Shown piece after piece: positions 1-13,624 of a DNA stretch of 64,000 bases. The position numbers were made by a program, and so were the translations under genes. The notes under the pieces are model-generated. The model was not told the origin of the DNA, did no database searches, and saw nothing but the letters and a program-made list of their open reading frames with translations. The stretch is taken from NCBI GenBank assembly GCA_028826165.1, contig JAPDFW010000062.1, positions 155,644 through 219,643 on the forward strand, given 5' to 3'. The stretch comes from Anaeramoeba ignava BMAN (Eukaryota > Protista > Anaeramoebae). Within the stretch, counting starts at the first letter, position 1; each line of letters starts with the position of its first letter.

Positions 1-89
1 ATTCATATTCAGATTCAGATTCATATTCAGATTCATATTCAAAAATAAAATCAGAAACAGAATCAGAAACAGAATCAGAAACAAATTGA
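1..89 (+). CDS. Probable 3' end of an upstream gene (Ser/Asp/Glu-rich tail ...SDSYSKIKSETESETESETN*)
   Basis: Open frame from position 3 to TGA at 87-89; low-complexity tail style matches other genes here; no homology can be assessed. Confidence 0.3.
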   Translation, partial: SYSDSDSYSDSYSKIKSETESETESETN

Positions 90-400
90 AAAAAAGATAA
101 CAAAAATGATTGAGATTAAAATCAAAATAACCAAAATCAAAATCAAAACAATTTTAAAAAAGAAAAAATTTTTTGGAATCTTTTCTTAAATTTAATCAAC
201 CTTACAAATTGGGATTTCTTCAAAGAAATCAAAACAAAAAGGAATTATTTTTTAATTTTAATTTTAATTTTAATTTTAATTTTAATTTTAATTTTAATTT
301 TTTGTGTTTTTCCAAAAGAAAAAATTTTTCAAAAATCCAAAATCATTTTTTATTTTTTTATTTTTTTATTTTTTTTGTTCATTCTCTACTTTTTTAAATA

Positions 401-1750
<1,350 letters not shown>

Positions 1751-1954
1751 GTATAGGAAGGCTCTATGTGCGGTATTTGTTGAGAGTTTTTTTGGGATAA
1801 TAATTGGGCGGATTGGTGTTTTTTCATTCAGATTTTTTTCAATTAAATTCAATTAAATTCAATAAATTGTTTTTGAAGATTTTTTATTAAACAAAAAAAA
1901 AACATCAAAAAAATTTTTTTCATTTTTCTTCTTAATTAAAAAAAAAAATAGAGA

Positions 1955-4649
1955 ATGAAAGTTTTTTATTTTTTGGTTTTAATTTTTGTTTTGAGTTCAA
2001 TTCAAGCATACAAACATAAAGCGTTTCATGAGGTTATTCAAGAAAAGCCATCAGATCCAGAAAATGTGTTTTGGTTTGATCAAGAGCTTGATCATTTTGA
2101 TTTCTTGAGCAAAGAAACTTTTAGACAGAGATATTATGTTAATGATACTAATTATGTTGCTGGTGGTCCTGTTTTTCTTTTTCTTGGTAAGATTTTTTAT
2201 AAAAACAAAACTCATTTATAAAATTAAAATTCATTTATAAAACAAAATTAAATTTAAATTCATTTATAAAATTAAATTAAATAAAATTATAAAATTAAAT
2301 TAAAATTAAATTCATTTATAAAATTAAATTCATTTATAAAATTAAATTAAATTCATTTATTAAATTAAATTAAATTAAAATTCATTTATAAAATTAAATA
2401 AAATTCATTTATAAAATTAAATTAAATTCATTTATAAAATTAAATTAAATTAATTTATAAAATTAAATTAAATTCATTTATAAAATTAAATTAAATTCAT
2501 TTATAAAATTAAATTAAATTCATTTATAAAATTAAATTAAATTCATTTATAAAATTAAATTAAATTCATTTATAAAATTAAATAAAATTCATTTATAAAA
2601 TTAAATTAAATTCATTTATAAAATTAAATAAAATTCATTTATAAAATTAAATTCATTTATAAAATTAAATTAAATTCATTTATAAAATTAAATTTAATTC
2701 ATTTATAAAATTAAATTTAAATTCATTTATAAAATTAAATTAAATTCATTTACAAAATAAAATTAAATTCATTTATAAAATTAAATAAAATTCATTTATT
2801 AAATTAAATAAAATTCATTTATAAAATTAAATTAAATTCATTTATAAAATAAAATTAAATTCATTTATAAAATTAAAATAAAATTCATTTATAAAATTAA
2901 ATTTATTTATAAAATTAAATAAAATTCATTTATAAAATTAAATTTAAATTCATTTATAAAATTAAATTAAATTAAAATTAAATAAAATTCATTTATAAAA
3001 TTAAATTTAAATTCATTTATAAAATTAAAAATAAAATTCATTTATAAAATTAAATTAAATTCATTTATAAAATTAAATTTAAATAAAATTTATTTATAAA
3101 ATTAAATTAAATTCATTTATAAAATTAAATTTATTTATAAAATTAAATTAAATTCATTTATAAAATTAAATTAAATTTATTTATAAAATTAAATTAAAAT
3201 TAAATTCATTTATAAAATAAAATTAAATTTATTTATAAAATAAAATTAAATTCATTTATAAAATTAAATTAAATTCATTTATAAAATTAAATTAAATTCA
3301 TTTATAAAATAAAATTAAATTCATTTATAAAATTTAATTAAATTTATTTATTAAATTAAAATTAAATTCATTTATAAAATTAAATTAAATTCATTTATAA
3401 AATTAAATTAAATTCATTTATTAAATTAAAATTAAATTCATTTAATTAAATTAAATTAAAATTTATTTGTAAAATTGATAAAATTAATATTGAAAAATTT
3501 TTAGGAGGTGAAGGCGAATTAACTGACAAATGGATTCAAGAAGGATTAACTGTCGAACTCTCAGTAATGTACAACGCATTAGTAGTAGCACTTGAACATC
3601 GATACTACGGAGAATCTATGCCATTTGACGAACTCAAAACAGAAAACATGAAGTACTTATCATCACAACAAGCACTAGCAGATATTTTAAAGTTCCGAGA
3701 TTTAATCATGAAGAAATACAGCCTTCCCGAAAACACAAAATGGATCAGTTTCGGATGTTCTTACTCAGGCGCATTATCACTGTGGCTGCGAATAAAATAC
3801 CCACATTTGATCGCAGGAGCTTATTCAGGAAGTTCACCAGTTGAGGCCAAGATGGACTATGTCGAATACGACGAGACATGCGAAGCAGCACTTTCAGCCA
3901 CAGATTCAAGCTGTCTTAATTCGGTACAAACAGCTTTTAGTTCAATCAGGGATCTCCTTGAAACTGAAAACGGAAGAGTTCAACTTCAGCAAATGTTCAA
4001 CACCTGTCAGCCTATTGACACCGATGATCGGATCAAACTTTTTAAATATAACGTCATCGGCGCTATTCAGGGTTCGGTGCAATATAATAACGCACCTTCC
4101 TTCCCGCGATTGGCTCTCTGCCAGGCAATGAATAGTGCAACTGATAAAATTTCAGCATATGCTCAACTTAATAATGAAATGAATGGAAATTTATGTTTGG
4201 ATTTAACTTATGATTTTATTACAAACAGAACAGCAGCCCCAGAAAATAATGGACGACCCTGGTACTGGCAGAAGGCAAGCGAGTTTGCATACTACAAGAA
4301 TAGTCCCGATGGGAGTCAAATTTTCTTCCGTGATATTGATGCTGAATTTCACAATAAAATTGTCGAGATTGGTTTTGGTGAATATTTAACGCCTCGTGTT
4401 GGTTTCACAAATGAATTCTATGGTTCTAAGTCTCCTGTTGTTAATGATGCTATATTTACTAATGGTCTTTATGATCCCTGGAGTAAGCTTAGTGTTTTGA
4501 AGGATATTGGTGATGTTAGTTCAATCATTTATACTTCATCTGGTCATTGTGCTCCTGTTTATCCTTTTGATCCAAAAATGCCTTCAGATGTTCAAAAGGC
4601 GAGAAATGATGTTGGTGTGTTTGTCAGAAACATTATTTTGCAGGATTAA
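1955..4649 (+). CDS. Secreted/lysosomal serine peptidase family S28 (PRCP/DPP7/PRSS16-like); exons 1955-2186, 3505-4649
   Basis: Signal peptide; WFDQELDHF, FRQRYYVN, PVFLFLG|GEG across the intron, LEHRYYGES, YLSSQQALAD, nucleophile FGCSYSG, NGLYDPW, GHC. Confidence 0.93.
2200..3480. repeat. ~23-bp tandem minisatellite (AAATTAAATTAAATTCATTTATA) filling the 1.3-kb S28 intron
   Basis: Direct inspection; intron 2187-3504 is GT...AG. Confidence 0.93.
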
Positions 4650-5228
4650 TTCCTTTCAAAAATTAATTTCTTTCAAAAATTAATTTCTTTCAAAAAAAGA
4701 ATTTCTTTCAAAAACGAATTTCTTTCAAAAAAGAATTTCTTTCAAAAAAAGAATTCCTTTCAAAAAAAGAATTTCTTTCAAAAACGAATTTCTTTCAAAA
4801 ATTAATTTCTTTCAAAAAAGAATTCATTTCAAAAAAAGAATTTCTTTTCTTTTTTCGATTCAATAAGCAATTCAAAAGAATAAAACAAAATTTCCCAATT
4901 CTTCTTTTAAAAGTTATTTTGTTTTTGAAATTTGTTTTGAGTTTATTCCGTTTTTTAGCTTTAAAAAGAAAATGAAAAAAAGAATGAATTTTTGAAATCA
5001 AATTTGAAATCAATTTGAAATCAATTTTGAAATGAAATTTGAAATCAATTTTGAAATCAAATTTGAAATGAATTTGAAATCAATTTTGAAATGAAATTTG
5101 AAATCAAATTTGAAATGAATTTGAAATGAATTTTTAAATCAATTTTGAAATGAATTTGAAATGAATTTGAAATGAATTTTTAAATCAATTTTGAAATCAA
5201 ATTTGAAATGAATTTGAAATGAAATGTT
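4650..5228. repeat. Tandem repeats in the convergent 3' spacer (TTTCAAAAAAAGAATTTC-type, then TTTGAAATGAA/TTTGAAATCAA-type)
   Basis: Direct inspection. Confidence 0.85.
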
Positions 5229-6725
5229 TTAAATGAAAAAAGTTTCAAGTTCATCAACTTCCCATGATTTAGGTGAACCAGCTAAATAACTTTTCGCTTC
5301 ATTTGTTCCTTTTTCAATTCCATCAGGCAACTCAAAACTAACTCCAAAATTTGAACCACCACCTTTAAATTTTCGATCAAACCAAAAATCTGGATAATAT
5401 TCATTTCCTAAATCAGGACTTAATTCTCCTCTTCCGAAATTTGGACGTGAACCTAAATGATCATAATAGAGAGCATAACCGACTTCTTCTTGTTTAACTG
5501 GAAACTTCATAGGTTCTCTATCATTCTTATCATTTCTTAATGAAAAAATAAATGCATCTGGATCAGGAATAAATCCATCAGCTCCATAATCAAAACTCCA
5601 TTTAGATCTATCCTCTGTCCATCCAGCTTTGGTATATCCTCCAAAAATGAAATTATCTGTTGTTTTAGCAATAACTAATACTTTTCCTTTTTCCATAACT
5701 TTTTGACACCATAATTTAGAATTAAGTCCATCTCTTTTTGTTGAAAATCCTTTCTTCATTTTAGAGAGAAATTCATTATCATTTATCCATTCTTTTAATT
5801 TTCTGAAATCTTTTATTTCTTTAATTATTGTTGAATCAATTCTAATTCTTGATTTGAAAATGAATGATTTTTCATTTTGACTTTCTTTTTCAATAAATTC
5901 TTCTGGATTTTCAAGTTTTTGGAATTCAATTAATTTTTCTTTAATATCATTTGGAATTAAATCTTCTTCTTCTTTTAAAGTGTTTTCAAGTTCTTCTTTT
6001 GAGAAATCAACAAATCTGATCTTATCAATAACATTTGAAATTTGCTTTTGTAATTTTTCTTTTTCTTCTTTATCAAGTTTTTGATTTTCTTTTTCTTGAT
6101 TTAAATTAACTTTATGTTTTCCCCATTTCATTAATGATTCAAAAATTTCAAGTTCATTTATAAAAATTTCATCATTGGATAATATTGAATTTAAATGATT
6201 TTCTTCAAGTTCAACAAAAAACGGAGTTTTGATAAATTCATGAAAATTTGCTAAAAGAAATTGATAAGCAGAATCAAATAATTGATTGAAATTCATTGAT
6301 TCAGAAAATTTAAGAACATCAACAACAATTTCAAGTTGTAAATTGTTTTGAATAAAGTTTAAAGTAATTTCAATTAATTCATCAATTAAGTACTTTGTTG
6401 AAAAAATTAAAATTTCGATTGCATTTTCTAAATTAATTCCAATTTTTCCTGAATAAAAATAATTCAAAATTAAGGATATAATTGAACTTGAAAAATCTTT
6501 TAAAACAACTTTGTTTTCTTGAAACTCTTTCATTTTGGAATTGAAAAGAGATTTAAAATATTGACTTCTTGAAGAAAGTATTGATTTATGAGTTTTAAAT
6601 GTTATTGGAATTGAATCTTCATTTTGTTGACAAATTATTTCAAAATCAAAATAATTTTCTTCTTGGTTTTCAAATAAAGTTTTTAAATCATTTGAAAGCT
6701 TTTCTAAATTTGAATAATTTTCCAT
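5229..6725 (-). CDS. BTB/POZ-BACK-TLDc protein, copy 1 (intronless, 498 aa)
   Basis: BTB (FKTHKSILSSRSQYFKSLF, ILNYFYSG), BACK (FVELEENHLNSILSNDEI, ELEIFESLMKW, IRF), TLDc (STKRDG, FIFGGYT, DPDAFIFSL, FG, WEVDELETF). Confidence 0.9.
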   Translation of the reverse strand: MENYSNLEKLSNDLKTLFENQEENYFDFEIICQQNEDSIPITFKTHKSILSSRSQYFKSLFNSKMKEFQENKVVLKDFSSSIISLILNYFYSGKIGINLENAIEILIFSTKYLIDELIEITLNFIQNNLQLEIVVDVLKFSESMNFNQLFDSAYQFLLANFHEFIKTPFFVELEENHLNSILSNDEIFINELEIFESLMKWGKHKVNLNQEKENQKLDKEEKEKLQKQISNVIDKIRFVDFSKEELENTLKEEEDLIPNDIKEKLIEFQKLENPEEFIEKESQNEKSFIFKSRIRIDSTIIKEIKDFRKLKEWINDNEFLSKMKKGFSTKRDGLNSKLWCQKVMEKGKVLVIAKTTDNFIFGGYTKAGWTEDRSKWSFDYGADGFIPDPDAFIFSLRNDKNDREPMKFPVKQEEVGYALYYDHLGSRPNFGRGELSPDLGNEYYPDFWFDRKFKGGGSNFGVSFELPDGIEKGTNEAKSYLAGSPKSWEVDELETFFI

Positions 6726-7521
6726 TTATTTTTTTTAAAAAATAATAAAAATGAAAATGATGAAATAAAAAAATTTTTTTCTTTTTAAATTAATTTTTCA
6801 AAATTAGAACTTCTTTTTTTTGAAGACAACTTAATATTTATTTTAAACAATAAATTATTTTTGATCATTTATTAAATTTATTTTTTAAATTATTTATTTT
6901 AAATTTATTTAACTTTTTCATTTATTCAGTTTATTTTCAATTAAATTTATTTATTTAATTAAATTTATTCCAAATTATTTTAAATTATTTAATTAAATTT
7001 ATTTTTTTATTAAATTTATTCTAAATTATTTAATTAAATTTATTCTAAATTATTTTATTAAATTTATTCTAAATTATTTATTAAATTTATTTTAAATTAT
7101 TTAATTAAATTTATTCTAAATTATTTAATTAAATTTATTCTAAATTATTTAATTAAATTTATTCCACTTTTTTTATTTATTTATTTTAAATTATTTAATT
7201 AAATTTATTTTAAATTATTTTTTTAAATTAAATTTTATTCCAAATTATTTTATTAAAAACATTTGACTAAATTGATTTTGAAATTAATTAAAACATTTGA
7301 CTAAATTGATTTTGAAATTAATTTTGAAATTTGTTTTGAATTTATTCCGTTTTTTAGCTTTAAAAAGAAAATGAAAAAAAGAATGAATTTTGAAATGAAT
7401 TTGAAATCAATTTTGAAATGAAATTTGAAATCAAATTTGAAATGAATTTGAAATGAATTTTTGAAATGAATTTGAAATCAAATTTAAAATCAAATTTGAA
7501 ATGAATTTGAAATGAAATGTT

Positions 7522-9020
7522 TTAAATGAAAAAAGTTTCAAGTTCATCTATCTCCCATGATTTAGGTGAACCAGCTAAATAACTTTTCGCTTCATTTGTT
7601 CCTTGTTCAATTCCATCAGGCAACTCAAAACTAACTCCAAAATTTGAAACACCACCTTTAAATGATCTTTCAAACGAAAAATCTGAATAATATTCATTTC
7701 CTAAATCAGAACTTAATATTCCTCTTCCGAAACTTGGAAGTAAACCTAAATGATCATACCAGAGAACATAATCTACTTCTTCTTGTTTAACTGGAAACTT
7801 CATAGGTTCTCTATCATTCTTATCATTTCTTAATGAAAAAATAAATGCATCTGGATCAGGAATAAATCCATTATCTCCATAATCAACACTCCATTTAGAT
7901 CTATCCTCTGTCCATCCAGCTTTGGTATATCCTCCAAAAATGAAATTATCTGTTGTTTTAGCAATAACTAATGCTTTTCCTTTTTCCATAACTCTTTCAC
8001 CCCATAATTTAGAATTAAATCCATCTCTTTTTGTTGAAAATCCTTTCTTCATTTTAGAGAGAAATTCATTATCATTTATCCATTCTTTTAATTTTCTGAA
8101 ATCTTTTGACTTTCTTTAATTATTGTTGAATCAATTCTAATTCTTGATTTGAAAATGAATGATTTTTCATTTTGACTTTCTTTTTCAATAAATTCTTCTG
8201 GATTTTCAAGTTTTTGGAATTCAATTAGTTTTTCTTTAATATCATTTGGAATTAAATCTTCTTCTTCTTTTAAAGTGTTTTCAAGTTCTTCTTTTGAGAA
8301 ATCAACAAATCTGATCTTATCAATAACATTTGAAATTTGTTTTTGTAATTTTTCTTTTTCTTCTTTATCAAGTTTTTGATTTTCTTTTTCTTGATTTAAA
8401 TTAACTTTATGTTTTCCCCATTTCATTAATGATTCAAAAATTTCAAGTTCATTTGTGAAAATTTCATCATTGGATAATATTGAATTTAAATGATTTTCTT
8501 CAAGTTCAACAAAAAACGGAGTTTTGATAAATTCATGAAAATTTGCTAAAAGAAATTGATAAGCAGAATCAAATAATTGATTGAAATTCACTGATTCAGA
8601 AAATTTAAGAACATCAACAACAATCTCAAGTTGTAAATTGTTTTGAATAAAGCTTAAAGTAATTTCAATTAATTCATCAATTAAGTACTTTGTTGAAAAA
8701 ATTAAAATTTCGATTGCATTTTCTAAATTAATTCCAATTTTTCCTGAATAAAAATAATTCAAAATTAAAGATATAATTGAACTTGAAAAATCTTTTAAAA
8801 CAACTTTATTTTCTTGAAACTCTTTCATTTTGGAATTGAAAAGAGATTTAAAATATTGACTTCTTGAAGAAAGTATTGATTTATGAGTTTTAAATGTTAT
8901 TGGAATTGAATCTTCATTTTGTTGACAAATTATTTCAAAATCAAAATAATTTTCTTCTTGGTTTTCAAATAAAGTTTTTAAATCATTTGAAAGCTTTTCT
9001 AAATTTGAATAATTTTCCAT
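7522..9020 (-). pseudogene. BTB-BACK-TLDc protein, tandem copy 2, with a +2 frameshift near 8108 (pseudogene or assembly error)
   Basis: Near-identical to copy 1 (1499 vs 1497 nt); 'ttttgactttct' versus 'ttttatttct' splits it into ORFs 8088-9020 and 7522-8052. Confidence 0.75.
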
Positions 9021-9149
9021 TTATTTTTTTTAAAAAATAATAAAAATAAAAAAAAAAAAGAAACAAAAAAATTTTTTTCTTTTTAAACTAATTTTTCAAA
9101 ATTAGAACTTCTTTTTTTTGAAGACAACTTAATATTAATAAACAATAAA

Positions 9150-11210
9150 TTAATTTGATCATTTTTAATTAAATTTATTTTAAATTACTTATTTAATTTT
9201 ATTTAATTTCATTTATTCAGTTTATTTTATTAAATTTATTTTAAATTAAATTTTATTTTATTTAATTTAATTTATTCCAAATTATTTAATTAAATTTATT
9301 CTAAATTATTTAATTAATTTAATTCCAAATTATTTAATTAAATTTATTCTAAATTATTTTATTAAATTTATTCTAAATTATTTAATTAAATTTATTCCAC
9401 TTTTTATTAAATTTATTCTAAATTATTTAATTAAATTTATTTTAAATTATTTTATTAAATTTATTCCATTTTTATTTATTTTATTTTAATTTATTTAATT
9501 AAATTTATTTTAAATTATTTTATTAAATTTATTCCAAATTATTTTATTAAATTTATTCTAAATTATTTTATTAAATTTATTTTAAATTATTTAATTAAAT
9601 TTGTTTAAACTTTTTATTTATTTTTATTTTAAATTATTTAATTAAATTTATTCTAAATTTATTTAATTAAATTTATTCTAATTTATTTTAATTAAATTTA
9701 TTCTAAATTATTTAATTAAATTTATTCCACTTTTTATTTATTTATTCAAATTTATTTTAAATTATTCCACTTTTTTTTATCCAATTTTTTTTATTAAATT
9801 TATTCCACTTTTTTTATTTATTTTATTCCAAATTATTTTATTTTAATTTATTCCACTTTTTATTAAATTTATTCTAAATTATTTAATTAAATTTATTCTA
9901 AATTATTTAATTAAATTTATTCTAAATTATTTTATTAAATTTATTCCACTTTTTATTTATTTTATTTTAAATTCATTTTAAATTATTTAAATAAATTTAT
10001 TTTTTTTATTTATTTAATTTTAAATTATTTTATTAAATTTATTCTAATTTATTTAATTAAATTTATTCTAAATTATTTTATTAAATTTATTCCACTTTTT
10101 TTATTTATTTAATTTTAAATTATTTTATTAAATTTATTCCACTTTTTTTATTTATTTTAATTTAAATTATTTAATTAAATTTATTTTTAAATTTTTTATT
10201 AAATTTATTCTAAATTATTTTATTAAATTTATTTTAAATTATTTTATTAAATTTATTCTAAATTATTTTATTAAATTTATTCTAAATTATTTTATTAAAT
10301 TTATTCCACTTTTTTTATTTAAATTTTATTTTATTTTAAATTATTTTATTAAATTTATTTTAAATTATTTAATTAAATTTATTTTAAATTATTTAATTAA
10401 ATTTATTCCACTTTTTAATTAAATTTATTTTAAATTACTTATTTAATTTTATTTTATTAAATTTATTCTAAATTATTTTTATTAAATTTATTTTAAATTA
10501 TTTTAATTAAATTTATTCCACTTTTTTATTAAATTTATTTTAAATTATTTAATTAAATTTATTTTTAAATTATTTAATTAAATTTATTCTAATTTATTTA
10601 ATTAAATTTATTCTAAATTATTTAATTAAATTTATTTTAAATTATTTTATTAAATTTATTCTAATTTATTTAATTAAATTTATTCTAAATTATTTTATTA
10701 AATTTATTCCACTTTTTTTATTTATTTAATTTTAAATTATTTAATTAAATTTATTTTAAATTTTTATTAAATTTATTTTAAATTATTTAATTAAATTTAT
10801 TCTAAATTATTTAATTAAATTTATTCTTTTTTATTTATTTAATTTTAAATTATTTAATTAAATTTATTTTAAATTATTTAATTAAATTTATTCTAAATTA
10901 TTTTATTAAATTTATTTTAATTTATTTAATTAAATTTATTCTAAATTATTTAATTAAATTTATTCTAAATTATTTAATTAAATTTATTCTAAATTATTTT
11001 ATTAAATTTATTCCAAATTATTTAATTAAATTTATTTTAAATTATTTTATTAAATTTATTCTAAATTATTTAATTAAATTTATTCCACTTTTTTTATTAA
11101 ATTTATTCCACTTTTTTTATTAAATTTATTTCTAAATTATTTAATTAAATTTATTTTAAATTATTTTATTAAATTTATTTTAAATTATTTTATTAAATTT
11201 ATTTTAAATT
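9150..11210. repeat. ~2-kb degenerate AT minisatellite (~24-bp AATTAAATTTATTCTAAATTATTT); shorter homologue at ~6850-7260
   Basis: Direct inspection. Confidence 0.9.
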
Positions 11211-11456
11211 CCTTTTTTTAGATTTGTTTGAAAAATTTCATCAAAAAAAAAAAAAAATTTTTGTTTTTGTTTTTGTTTTATTTTATTGTTTTGTTTTGTT
11301 TTATTGTTTTTATGTTGAGTTGTTAAAAAAAAAATAAATAAGAATAATCTGTCGTAAAAAATAGAAGAAAAAATTTCAAAAAAAAAAGAAAAAAAATTTA
11401 TTAAAAAAATTATTTCATTTTTTTTTCATTTTGCTTCAAAAAAAACAAAGAAAAAA

Positions 11457-13619
11457 ATGAATAAAATAATAATAAAAATAATACTTTCAATTTTAATAAT
11501 TCAAACAGTATTAAACACAAAATTAGTTTGGGTTGAAGAAGGAACAATAATAACAACAAACGGACAATCACAAGACAACTTTGGATTCAGCGTTAAAATC
11601 AGTGAAGATACTATTGTGTCCGGAGCACCACAAGCAACAATAGCAAACAAAAGCGGACAAGGAGCAGTTTATATATTTCAAAATAACGGAACAAATTGGA
11701 ATCAAATGCAAATTTTGACAGCTAGCGACGGAAAAGCTGGCGACAATTTCGGAAACAGTTTGGCTATCCAGGACTCAATTCTCGTCATCGGCGCTTATTA
11801 TTCTAACGTTTCCACTAACCATTCACAAGGAAAAGTTTATGTTTTCCAAAATAACGGAACAAATTGGATCGAAAGTCAAATTTTGACAGCTAGCGACGGT
11901 TCTTCTGGTGATTGGTTCGGAAAAAGCGTGGCAATCAATGGAAATTATATTGCGATCGGTGCGCAAAATGCGAATACAAGCGCAAACGGAGTCAATCAAG
12001 GAAAAGCTTATGTTTTCCAAAATAACGGAACAAATTGGAATCAAATGGAAATTTTGACAGCTAGCGATGGCGCTTCAGGAGATTGGTTCGGAACAAGCAT
12101 AGGTGCAAATGGGAACTATATTGTGATAAGCTCAGTCAGAGCAAATGTCAGCAATAACACTCAACAAGGAAAAGTGTATGTTTTTACAAATAACGGAACC
12201 AATTGGATCGAAAGTGAAATTTTGACAGCTAGCGATGGTGCTTCTGGAGACGCTTTTGGATCAAGTATTGCTATTCTCGCAAACGACATCATCATCGGAT
12301 CTCCAAAGGCAGAGGTCGGCACTAATGCAGACCAGGGCAAAGCGTATTACTACCAGAACAATGGATCGAGCTGGGTCCAGAAAAGTATTCTTGTGGGAAC
12401 TAACGGAGCAAAAGGCGATAATTTCGGTGCAAGTGTTGATGTTTCTTCTGAATATCTCATTGTTGGCGGTCCAAGAGCAGCCGTCGACGGAAAAACCGAC
12501 CAAGGAAAAGCATGGATGTTCAGCAAACAAGGCGGCGATTGGACAAGTGATGGTGAGGTTGTTTCTAGAGATGGGCAAGCCCACGACAACTTCGGAAGTA
12601 GTGTGAGTATTTCTGTCAACCGCTCTGCAGTCGGTGCTTTTGGCGCAGAAGTCGGCCAGAACACGGAACAGGGAAAGACTTATTTTGTGGGACTTGTTGA
12701 AGCGCCTCCGCCAGTTACGATTGATTTTTGCGGTGCAATGTTTTCGCAATTCAATTGCACTTGGGAAGATCTTGGAAGTGACATTTCTTATGACATCAAT
12801 TACAACGGAAACTGGCAAAATATCAATAATTCGCAGTATAACGGAACAAGTTACACAAAAGTGTTTGGATCACCAGAATTTACTGATATCACAGGAAACG
12901 TTGATTATTCTGTGCAAATCCGAGGATGTAACACAACAACAACAGCATGTGGAGATGGATCAACAGTTTACAATGTGTTGACACGAATTGACGCAGTAAA
13001 GACTTTATCCGGAATTCCAAGTGGAGATTACATTGATTTATCATGGAACTATCCAGATGTTCCAATGGAAAACAGTGTACCAAAGTTGAATCACTATTTG
13101 ATTTCTTATAAGGGAACGGGACCAACATCAATGGTGTCAGTTTCAAATATTACTTTGACAGCTAGAATTTCCAATTTAACAACAACAGAACAATATGCCA
13201 TCAAGATTTGGGCCTGCAGAACCGCTCTTTGCACAGGTGAGGATGCTGGAGAGGATAGTTCAATTGATGTCACAACCTCATTTGGAACTGTAAATGATCT
13301 CTATTGTGTTAGTTCAGGCTTCACTAGTTTGTATTGTTCTTGGTCTCCTCCTCAATCCACTTTTGTTCCTTATTTCTATAATCTTACTTATATTACCTCA
13401 ATGCCTAGTGAAAATGGTACGGAAATTGTTAACTCTACCCAGGAAATGTTCGATATTTCTTATCCTCTTCGTCCTTATACTGTCTATCTTTCTGCTTGTA
13501 ATCAGGATTCTTATTGTGGTATTCTTTCTCAATATGATCTTTATGCTGGTTATAGTTCAGCTTCTTTTGTTTCTTTTGTCTTTTGGTTTGTTGCGTTACT
13601 TTTTGTTTTTGTTTGGTAG
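11457..13619 (+). CDS. Cell-surface protein: signal peptide, ~7 FG-GAP (integrin-alpha-type beta-propeller) repeats, ~3 fibronectin-III-like domains, C-terminal hydrophobic GPI/TM tail
   Basis: Repeats of LTASDGxxGDxFGxSVAI...IGA...QGKVYVF; FN3-like W/Y patterns (FNCTW..YSVQIRGC, IDLSW..YAIKIWAC, LYCSW..YTVYLSAC); hydrophobic C-terminus; intronless. Confidence 0.88.
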   Translation: MNKIIIKIILSILIIQTVLNTKLVWVEEGTIITTNGQSQDNFGFSVKISEDTIVSGAPQATIANKSGQGAVYIFQNNGTNWNQMQILTASDGKAGDNFGNSLAIQDSILVIGAYYSNVSTNHSQGKVYVFQNNGTNWIESQILTASDGSSGDWFGKSVAINGNYIAIGAQNANTSANGVNQGKAYVFQNNGTNWNQMEILTASDGASGDWFGTSIGANGNYIVISSVRANVSNNTQQGKVYVFTNNGTNWIESEILTASDGASGDAFGSSIAILANDIIIGSPKAEVGTNADQGKAYYYQNNGSSWVQKSILVGTNGAKGDNFGASVDVSSEYLIVGGPRAAVDGKTDQGKAWMFSKQGGDWTSDGEVVSRDGQAHDNFGSSVSISVNRSAVGAFGAEVGQNTEQGKTYFVGLVEAPPPVTIDFCGAMFSQFNCTWEDLGSDISYDINYNGNWQNINNSQYNGTSYTKVFGSPEFTDITGNVDYSVQIRGCNTTTTACGDGSTVYNVLTRIDAVKTLSGIPSGDYIDLSWNYPDVPMENSVPKLNHYLISYKGTGPTSMVSVSNITLTARISNLTTTEQYAIKIWACRTALCTGEDAGEDSSIDVTTSFGTVNDLYCVSSGFTSLYCSWSPPQSTFVPYFYNLTYITSMPSENGTEIVNSTQEMFDISYPLRPYTVYLSACNQDSYCGILSQYDLYAGYSSASFVSFVFWFVALLFVFVW

Positions 13620-13624
13620 AGAAC

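Noticed and set aside
5229-9020. Diversity-generating retroelement-like template/variable pair
   Set aside because: Differences are not adenine-specific, whole genes are duplicated, and no reverse transcriptase is present
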